Source: Tubulanus polymorphus (Eukaryota; Animalia; Nemertea). From it: a stretch of 64,000 bases of DNA. Every line of letters starts with the position of its first letter. The first letter of the stretch is position 1. This document shows positions 1-8,047 of this stretch, in pieces. Made by a program: the position numbers and the translations under genes. The notes beneath the pieces were generated by a model. That model made no database searches, was not told the DNA's origin, and saw only the letters and a list, made by a program, of their open reading frames with translations. The stretch is from NCBI RefSeq assembly GCF_964204645.1, contig NC_134031.1, positions 248,001-312,000 on the forward strand, written 5' to 3'.

Positions 1-15
1 AGTTGCGAGTTCCAC
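1..15 (-). CDS. MAP2K7: MAP2K7 coding exon 9, start only (VELAT...)
   Basis: tttaattgtag acceptor at 17/16, followed by GTG GAA CTC GCA ACT, the expected continuation after SLGISL. Confidence 0.88.
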
Positions 16-3000
16 CTACAATTAAACAGAATATTCATTAGGGGCAAATGGAGACGGAGTTCTTTGGGGCATAGTTGAGTTCTGTGGGGCATAGTAGTTC
101 TGTGGGGCTGCTAGGGGTAGTTGGGCTCAGTGGGCTGCTGGGTTTAGTTGCCCTGTAAGGCCCAGTGAGCCACTAGGTCCATTTTGGCCCTGTAGGGCCT
201 GGTTGAGCTCTGTGCAGCCCGTGGGCTGGTGGGTCCCTGTAAGGCTTGGTTGAGCTCTGTACAGCCCGTGGGCTGTTAGGTCCCTGTAAGACCTGGTTGA
301 GCTCTGTACGGCCTGTGGGCTGGTGGGTCCCTGTAAGACCTGGTTGAGCTCTGTACGGCCCGGTGGGCTGGTGGGTCCCTGTAAGGCTTGGTTGAGCTCT
401 GTACGGCCTGTGGGCTGGTGGGTCCCTGTAAGACCTGGTTGAGCTCTGTACGGCCTGTGGGCTGGTGGGTCCCTGTAAGACCTGGTTGAGCTCTGTACGG
501 CCCGGTGGGCTGGTGGGTCCCTGTAAGGCTTGGTTGAGCTCTGTACGGCCTGTGGGCTGGTGGGTCCCTGTAAGGCCTGGTTGAGCTCTGTACGGCCCGG
601 TGGGCTGGTGGGTCCCTGTAAGGCTTGGTTGAGCTCTGTACGGCCTGTGGGCTGGTGGGTCCCTGTAAGGCCTGGTTGAGCTCTGTACGGCCCGGTGGGC
701 TGGTGGGTCCCTGTAAGGCTTGGTTGAGCTCTGTACGGCCTGTGGGCTGGTGGGTCCCTGTAAGGCCTGGTTGAGCTCTGTACGGCCCGGTGGGCTGGTG
801 GGTCCCTGTAAGGCCTGGTTGGGCTCTGTACGGCCCGGTGGGCTGGTGGGTCCCTGTAAGACCTGGTTGAGCTCTGTACGGCCCGGTGGGCTGGTGGGTC
901 CCTGTAAGACCTGGTTGAGCTCTGTACGGCCCGGTGGGCTGGTGGGTCCCTGTAAGACCTGGTTGAGCTCTGTACGGCCCGGTGGGCTGGTGGGTCCCTG
1001 TAAGGCCTGGTTGGGCTCTGTACGGCCCTGTGGGCTGGTGGGTCCCTGTAAGGCCTGGTTGGGCTCTGTACGGCCCGGTGGGCTGGTGGGTCCCTGTAAG
1101 ACCTGGTTGAGCTCTGTACGGCCCTGTGGGCTGGTGGGTCCCTGTAAGACCTGGTTGAGCTCTGTACAGCCCGTGGGCTGGTGGGTCCCTGTAAGACCTG
1201 GTTGAGCTCTGTACGGCCCGTGGGCTGGTGGGTCCCTGTAAGACCTGGTTGAGCTCTGTACGGCCCTGTGGGCTGGTGGGTCCCTGTAAGACCTGGTTGA
1301 GCTCTGTACGGCCCTGTGGGCTGGTGGGTCCCTGTAAGACCTGGTTGAGCTCTGTACAGCCCGTGGGCTGGTGGGTCCCTGTAAGACCTGGTTGAGCTCT
1401 GTACAGCCCGTGGGCTGGTGGGTCCCTGTAAGACCTGGTTGAGCTCTGTACGGCCCTGTGGGCTGGTGGGTCCCTGTAAGACCTGGTTGAGCTCTGTACG
1501 GCCCTGTGGGCTGGTGGGTCCCTGTAAGACCTGGTTGAGCTCTGTACAGCCCGTGGGCTGGTGGGTCCCTGTAAGACCTGGTTGAGCTCTGTACAGCCCG
1601 TGGGCTGGTGGGTCCCTGTAAGACCTGGTTGAGCTCTGTACGGCCCGTGGGCTGGTGGGTCCCTGTAAGACCTGGTTGAGCTCTGTACAGCCCGTGGGCT
1701 GGTGGGTCCCTGTAAGACCTGGTTGGGCTCTGTACGGCCCTGTGGGCTGGTGGGTCCCTGTAAGACCTGGTTGGGCTCTGTACGGCCCTGTGGGCTGGTG
1801 GGTCCCTGTAAGACCTGGTAGGTGTACGTACCAATGAGATACCTAAACTCCAAACATCAGCTCTGATATCATAATCTGGTTTAGTTGGATTTGGGGGATC
1901 AATTCTTTCAGGCTGAAAATAAACAAAAATATTTCATCAAATATCTCACAGGGCAGATAATGTCCTAGTCCTAGTCCGGTATTTACTCACAGCCATATAC
2001 GCAGCACATCCGGCGCTCCTTGTTTTAGCTTTTGAATCGACTAGTCGTCCACTTATTCCAAAATCACAAAGTTTTATTCGACCGCATTCGTCTAGTAGTA
2101 TATTGGATGGTTTTATATCTGAAACACGGAGATAGAGACTGTAAACACAGGAGAGGGGGGAGGGGGGGAGTGGAGAGGGAGGAGGGAGGAGGGAGAGGGA
2201 GGAGAGGAGGGGAGGAGAGGAGAGGGAGGAGAGGGGGAGAGCGCATTCGTCTAGTAGTATATTGGATGGTTTTATATCTGAAACAGGGAGATAGAGAGAG
2301 ACTGTAAACACAGGAGAGGGAGGAGAGGGGGAGAGGGGGAGAGGGGGAGAGCGCATTCGTCTAGTAGTATATTGGATGGTTTTATATCTGAAACAGGGAG
2401 ATAGAGAGAGACTGTAAACACAGGAGAGGGAGGAGAGGGGGAGAGCGCATTCGTCTAGTAGTATATTGGATGGTTTTATATCTGAAACACGGAGATAGAG
2501 AGAGACTGTAAACACAGGAGAGGGAGGAGAGGGGGGAGAGGGGGAGAGCGCATTCGTCTAGTAGTATATTGGATGGTTTTATATCTGAAACAGGGAGATA
2601 GAGAGAGACTGTAAACACAGGAGAGGGAGGAGAGGGGGAGAGGGGAGAGGAGAGGGGGGAGAGGGGGAGAGCGCATTCGTCTAGTAGTATATTGGATGGT
2701 TTTATATCTGAAACAGGGAGATAGAGAGAGACTGTAAACACAGGAGAGGGAGGAGAGGGGGAGAGGGGAGAGGAGAGGGGGGAGAGGGGGAGAGCGCATT
2801 CGTCTAGTAGTATATTGGATGGTTTTATATCTGAAACAGGGAGATAGAGAGAGACTGTAAACACAGGAGAGGGAGGAGAGGGGGAGAGCGCATTCGTCTA
2901 GTAGTATATTGGATGGTTTTATATCTGAAACACGGAGATAGAGAGAGACTGTAAACACAGGAGAGGGGGGAGAGGGGGAGTGGAGGAGGGGAGAGGGAGG

Positions 3001-4522
3001 AGAGGGGGAGAGCGCATTCGTCTAGTAGTATATTGGATGGTTTTATATCTGAAACACGGAGATAGAGAGAGACTGTAAACACAGGAGAGGGAGGAGAGGA
3101 GGGGAGGAGAGGGAGGAGAGGGAGAGGAGAGAGGGAGGAGAGGGGAGGGAGGAGGAGAGGGAGAGAGGAGAGGGAGGAGAGGGAGGAGAGGGAGGAGAGG
3201 GAGGAGAGGGAGGGAGGAGAGGGGGAGAGCGCATTCGTCTAGTAGTATATTGGATGGTTTTATATCTGAAACACGGAGATAGAGAGAGACTGTAAACACA
3301 GGAGAGGGAGGAGAGGAGGGGAGGAGAGGGAGGAGAGGGAGGAGAGGGAGAGGAGAGAGGGAGGAGAGGGGAGGGAGGAGGAGAGGGAGAGAGGAGAGGG
3401 AGGAGAGGGGGAGAGGAGAGGGAGGAGGGAGAGGGAGGAGAGGACGAGAGGGAGAGAGGAGAGGGAGGAGAGGGAAGAGAGGGGAGAGGGAGGAGAGGGA
3501 GGAGAGGGAGGAGAGGGAGGAGAGGAGGAGAGGAGAGGGAGGAGGGGAGAGGAGAGGGAGGAGGGAGAGGGAGGAGAGGACGAGAGGGAGAGAGGAGAGG
3601 GAGGAGAGGGAAGAGAGGGGAGAGGGAGGAGAGGGGAGGGAGGAGAGGGAGGAGAGGAGGAGAGGAGAGGGAGGAGGGGAGAGGGAGAAGAGGGGAGGGG
3701 GGATAGGGAGGAGAGGGAGGAGAGGAGGGGAGGAGAGGGAGGAGGGGAGAGGGAGGAGAGGGGGGATAGGATGGGAGGAGAGGGAGGAGAGGGGAGGGGG
3801 GAACGTATTAGTCTAATATCAGGGCAGAGAGAAGGGTGTGTGTGTAGTACTAACCTCTGTGAATGACTCCATGAACTTCTTTTAAATAATTCAATGCCTT
3901 CAATGTCTGCAATAATGAAATCAATCAATCAATCAATCAATGAGGAGGAGGGCGGGGCATGATGCTACAGGAGGCGGGGCTTTAATCATCATTCATTGAC
4001 TTACCGCTACTGCTAATTTACCCAGAATTCTCTCTGGCATCGGACCTTTTAATTTACGAATTAATTTATCAAAACAAGTTGACATCAACTCCATACAAAT
4101 CCATACATCACTCTGTGTGAGAGAGAGAGACAGAATATCAGATCAATACAACTCCCCCTCACTCCCTCCACTCCCTATAACACCCCCTCCCCCTCAAATC
4201 CATACATCACTCTGTGAGAGAGAGAGACAGACAGAATATCAGATCAATACAACTCCCTCCCTCCCCTTAACTCCCTACAACACCCCCTCCCCCTCAAATC
4301 TATACATCACTCTGTGTGAGAGAGAGAGAGAGAGACAGAATATCAGATCAATACAACTCCCTCCCCTCCCCTTAACTCCCTACAACACCCCCTCCCCCTC
4401 AAATCTATACATCACTCTGTGTGAGAGAGAGAGAGAGAGACAGAATATCAGATCAATACAACTCCCTCCCCTCCCCTTAACTCCCTACAACACCCCCTCC
4501 CCCTCAAATCTATACATCACTC

Positions 4523-4557
<35 letters not shown>

Positions 4558-6199
4558 ATATCAGATCAATACAACTCCCTCCCCTCCCCTTAACTCCCTA
4601 CAACACCCCCTCCCCCTCAAATCTATACATCACTCTGTGTGAGAGAGAGAGAGAGACAGAATATCAGATCAATAGAACTCCCCCTCACTCCTCCACTCCC
4701 TCCGCCCCCCCCCCCCCTCCCCTCAATGTCGATACTTACACTGGTAATAAATGCTCCCACACACTGGACGATGTAAGGACAATCGTGACATTTTAACACA
4801 ACGTCTAAATCCATTATAATGCGTTTGTTTTCTTCACGGTTTCCGGAACGTCGCATTTGCTACAAAACGATCATATCAAAATCAGTTACGCCCCCTAGTG
4901 ATCACAATATCAACTACAAATACCGGGTATCACGCCCCCTAGCGGCGATAATACGAACCTTCACAGCGACGAGGTGACGAGATTGTTTGTGTAACATTTT
5001 AACGACGTGTCCACATGTTCCGTGACCTAATTCACCTAGAGGATCTAAATCTTTTATCGCAGATCGATATTTCTGAAATGAGATACGATATATCAATATC
5101 GAGATATGAGATATCACTCAGATGATGGGGAGAGGGAGGGGGGAGTTTCTAACCTGCCCGTTTAGAGTAAGAATTCCTGTTTGTTTCATTATTTCCTCAT
5201 ATTTTTTCTCTATTTCGGCGCCATCTGGTGGTTTCGGTTGAGGTGACATCGGTATATTTAAATGGCGTTGTCGGCTGCTAGCCGGCGCCGAGCCAGCTCT
5301 CATTTGAACCCCGGCGAACGTTGGTCTCGTCGCCGATACCGTCGAGAATCCGCTGAAACTTCCATCCAGAGGCAGAGGTAAACCCACTGTAGAAATAAAC
5401 ACACATTACTTACTGAATTACACACTGACTGATTTACGAATAGTTACAACTGTGGAACTGGGAACAGATTGTTACAACTGTGGAACTGGGTCCAGATTGT
5501 TACAACTGTGGAACTGGGTCCAGATTGTTACAACTGTGGAACTGGGTCCAGATTGTTACAACTATGGAACTGGGTCCAGATTGTTACAACTGTGGAACTG
5601 GGTCCAGATTGTTACAACTGTGGAATTGGGTCCAGATTGTTTCAAGAATAAAACTGATATATCTATGTAAATGGTCAAGTTTTATTAGCCACACAGTGGA
5701 AAGGTGACGTTAACTGCAGTTAGAGCAGATTGTTAAGAAGACAATTACAAGATTGAAAGGCACACAACAGCTCAGATTCAGATTGGCAGCAATTGAATAA
5801 TAAATGTCAAATGGTTTAAACTACTGATTTGATTATTGGAAATAACTGATCAATTACATTCAAACAATAGTTGAGAGTGGATCAGTGAAACAGGACTCAG
5901 TTCCACAGTTTCCACACAACTGTGGAACAGGGGGCACTATCATCATCATTAGATATTTGATTGTGAAATGTCAGTGTTGTTGTTGATTGAGAGTTGAGAG
6001 GTCAGGTCGGGGATAACAACAGTAAATCACGATCAATCCACAGATAAAACACTGCTATATTTAAAGTACACGTACTGGGTTTAGGTTTAACAGGAAGTTC
6101 CCAGTTTCTCGGATTTCTATCTCGTCTTCTCGACTCATTTTCAGCCTTTAATTTCGCTTCTAAATCGTTTAATTTGTTGTGGAATGAGGAGGTCGCCAT
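1..6199 (-). CDS. MAP2K7: Dual-specificity MAP kinase kinase 7 (MKK7/hemipterous), multi-exon, 3' end outside the window
   Basis: Exons join in frame: 6199-6076, 5386-5154, 5072-4959, 4859-4740, 4112-4005, 3906-3855, 2118-1991, 1912-1832, 15-1. All introns are GT-AG. Motifs seen: [74 protein letters not shown]. The SKAKT activation loop and the N-terminus ([13 protein letters not shown]) are characteristic of MKK7. Confidence 0.96.
185..1820. repeat. 39-40 bp minisatellite, about 41 copies, in MAP2K7 intron 8
   Basis: Unit GGCTGGTGGGTCCCTGTAAGACCTGGTTGAGCTCTGTACGGCC(C)(T/G)GTG. It accounts for the 553 aa and 525 aa ORFs. Confidence 0.97.
1832..1912 (-). CDS. MAP2K7: MAP2K7 coding exon 8 ([27 protein letters not shown])
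   Basis: attttcag acceptor, gtacgt donor, 81 nt. Confidence 0.94.
1991..2118 (-). CDS. MAP2K7: MAP2K7 coding exon 7 ([43 protein letters not shown])
   Basis: gtttcag acceptor, gtgagt donor, 128 nt. Confidence 0.95.
2119..3300 (-). repeat. Tandem array of 9 extra copies of the intron 6 acceptor plus the first 36 nt of exon 7
   Basis: GTTTCAG|ATATAAAACCATCCAATATACTACTAGACGAATGCG recurs with the acceptor G at about 2278, 2388, 2482, 2585, 2708, 2831, 2925, 3049 and 3266. Confidence 0.96.
3301..3802. repeat. Polypurine/polypyrimidine (GGAGA-type) low-complexity tract in intron 6
   Basis: Almost only G and A on the + strand for about 500 nt. Confidence 0.95.
3855..3906 (-). CDS. MAP2K7: MAP2K7 coding exon 6 ([17 protein letters not shown])
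   Basis: ttattgcag acceptor, gttagt donor, 52 nt, ending inside the HRD Asp codon. Confidence 0.92.
4005..4112 (-). CDS. MAP2K7: MAP2K7 coding exon 5 ([36 protein letters not shown])
   Basis: Not in the ORF track; translated by hand. cacacag acceptor, gtaagt donor, 108 nt. Confidence 0.93.
4113..4726 (-). repeat. Tandem array (about 100-113 bp unit) with 5 extra copies of the intron 4 acceptor plus the first 17 nt of exon 5
   Basis: CACAG|AGTGATGTAT(G/A)GATTTG recurs with the acceptor G at about 4212, 4312, 4417, 4522 and 4635. Confidence 0.94.
4740..4859 (-). CDS. MAP2K7: MAP2K7 coding exon 4 ([40 protein letters not shown])
   Basis: ttttgtag acceptor, gtaagt donor, 120 nt. Confidence 0.94.
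4959..5072 (-). CDS. MAP2K7: MAP2K7 coding exon 3 (Gly-rich loop, VAVK)
   Basis: atttcag acceptor, gttcgt donor, 114 nt. Confidence 0.93.
5154..5386 (-). CDS. MAP2K7: MAP2K7 coding exon 2 (docking region, GLPLPLDG...[14 protein letters not shown])
   Basis: tttctacag acceptor and gttaga donor; phase matches exon 1. Confidence 0.9.
5443..5641. repeat. 28-bp minisatellite, about 7 copies, in MAP2K7 intron 1
   Basis: Unit GTTACAACTGTGGAACTGGGTCCAGATT. Confidence 0.95.
6076..6199 (-). CDS. MAP2K7: MAP2K7 coding exon 1 ([41 protein letters not shown])
   Basis: aagATGGCG start context; donor gtacgt at 6075; phase 1. Confidence 0.9.
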
Positions 6200-6213
6200 C
6201 TTGAGTCACATGA
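6194..6213 (-). promoter_or_regulatory. YY1-like motif overlapping the MAP2K7 ATG, with an adjacent E/M-box
   Basis: CGCCATCTT at 6194-6202 matches CGCCATNTT, and GTCACATGA lies just upstream of the ATG. These are motif matches only. Confidence 0.4.
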
Positions 6214-7860
6214 TCAATAACATTCAAACCGGCCACGACGAAACGACGAGCAGCGAATTTTCATCGAGAACAAATGAAATGAATGCTCATAATTAGATAA
6301 AATTAAGCGTAAGTGTTTTGAAACAATGAATTATCTATTTTGCCACGAGATTTGCGGCTGGGTTTGATCAAATTCGTTTAAAGATACGACACAAAATACA
6401 AGTTGAAATCAGCCAACAAGAAAAACCAAACAATTCCAAAATAATATGAAATTATATTCTATTATATCATCATCAATTATTCGGTGGATTTAAAGGTTTT
6501 TAAAATTTGCAATTAAATTTCATTTGAATTTAATATTTATTCTCGAGTACGTGCAAATGCGTTACGAGCATTCACTGCCTTTTTAAGACACATTATAGAG
6601 TTGATGAGGGTAGGCCTAGTTAGGTACAAGCGCCCTTTATTGATCGTTTATCGGGCAATGCGGGCTATAATTCGTACAAAATACTACGTAAATTTAGATT
6701 TAGTAAAAGCTATGTGAGGAGGGGAGGGGAATGCGGTTATGTAACTATAGAGTCCCCTAGAGGCGACTGTATTCAACGCCTCTGTGCCGTGCGGTGGCGC
6801 TGCGCCCGCGGCAACTTTGATTTCACGCGGGCAAAGAAGTTTAAGATTCACGATTTTTATGTACACCCTTGTTGCGAAAGAAGGAATTAATTTTATAGAG
6901 CCTTTGTTGCCTTTTAATATTAGGTTAATAACGAATTTGGAGCAAAAGGCTGGGCTTGTCCTCGGAGTCCTCCACTTTCAAGCGAGTCCCTCGAGTCTCT
7001 CCTCCCCTCTTCCATCTCTCCTCCTAGTCATCTCTTCTCCCTTCTCTCTCGCCTCCCTCCCCCTCTCCACTCTCCTCTCTCTCTATCTGGCGCTCGTTTC
7101 AAGTATCAGAGACCATTATGATGGTGGTTGAGGTAGGACACGTATCTCATCTTTAAATAATGCGTGACCGGCCGCGAGCAGGAGACACGAGCACTCACTT
7201 TAAACAAAACCAATAAATAATTACAAATAAACCTCACCATCAGCAGTGCACGCGTAGGATTAGATTTCTGTAGCAGGTTGTTATATCAGTATAAGGGTTC
7301 TCCTCGGGGAGACTGATGCGGGGGGGATGGACACAATCAACAGAGAGGTTCTAGTTTACAGTCACCACGTCACTTGACCGAGACATGTTAACTGTAATCC
7401 AGTAGTAAACCGATCCGATTAGACTGCGCAAGGCGTATCAGATTCCTTGCCTCTATGGCCCTCTTCACGATCGTCCCGAGTTCCATCTTTAGAATGTGGA
7501 TCCAGTTGCTGCAGCTCTGGATGCTGGTTGAGAGGATGAGGAGAGGATGCTAGATGCGACTGATATCCGATAACATGTTACATGCAAGCAGTATCTGATT
7601 CAGACTAAGACAACATGAATATCATATATTTGATGATAACTGCTGAGGAGACGCCTGACAAAATCTCCATACCCCCAACATCCAATAGTCCATATTTTAA
7701 GATACCGACAGATGGGGCTACGGTTTAGGAGTCTCAAAAACGTTCGCGTGTCACGCCGTCGTTTAGTAAAAAACTTTTGTAGTCTTCGCGAAAAAAATAA
7801 ATCCTCACTGGGGGCCAATGCCTTCCAAAAGACTAGCTGCAATCCTCACGGCCGGCCATA

Positions 7861-8047
7861 CCCTAGATTGGCAGTAACCCTAACCCTAGGTCGGAAATAA
7901 CCCTAACCCTAGCAGGACCCGAACCAGCGACCTCCTGCATGCCAGCCGAGCGTCCTAAACACTAGGCCATAGACCAGTGGTGACCGAGGTAGTTCGTAAG
8001 TTTGTATGGTCAATGCGGCGGGTGACCTGATGACCAGTCAGGTGTGG
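7861..8047 (-). mobile_element. Dispersed repeat with a tRNA-like segment and TTAGGG units (SINE-like), copy 1
   Basis: A-box-like TGGCCTAGTG and B-box-like GGTTCGGGTCC followed by TAGGGTTAGGG. Aligns by eye to 25451-25616. Confidence 0.65.

Noticed and set aside
173-1853. 553-aa and 525-aa ORFs
   Set aside because: They are read-throughs of a stop-poor 39/40-bp intronic minisatellite on the same strand as MKK7, and the frames interchange with unit length.
2119-3300. CRISPR-like look (constant repeat with variable spacers)
   Set aside because: This is a eukaryotic intron, the spacers are low-complexity GA tracts, and there are no cas genes.
2382-3928. Multiple ORFs containing [12 protein letters not shown], read as kinase paralogues or mutually exclusive exons
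   Set aside because: Only 36 nt of the exon are copied, with no donor and no DFG motif, so these are partial boundary duplications rather than complete alternative exons.
7906-7975. Functional tRNA gene (also 25480-25548)
   Set aside because: The acceptor and anticodon stems pair poorly and the two copies disagree in the anticodon region, so it is treated as a tRNA-derived repeat.
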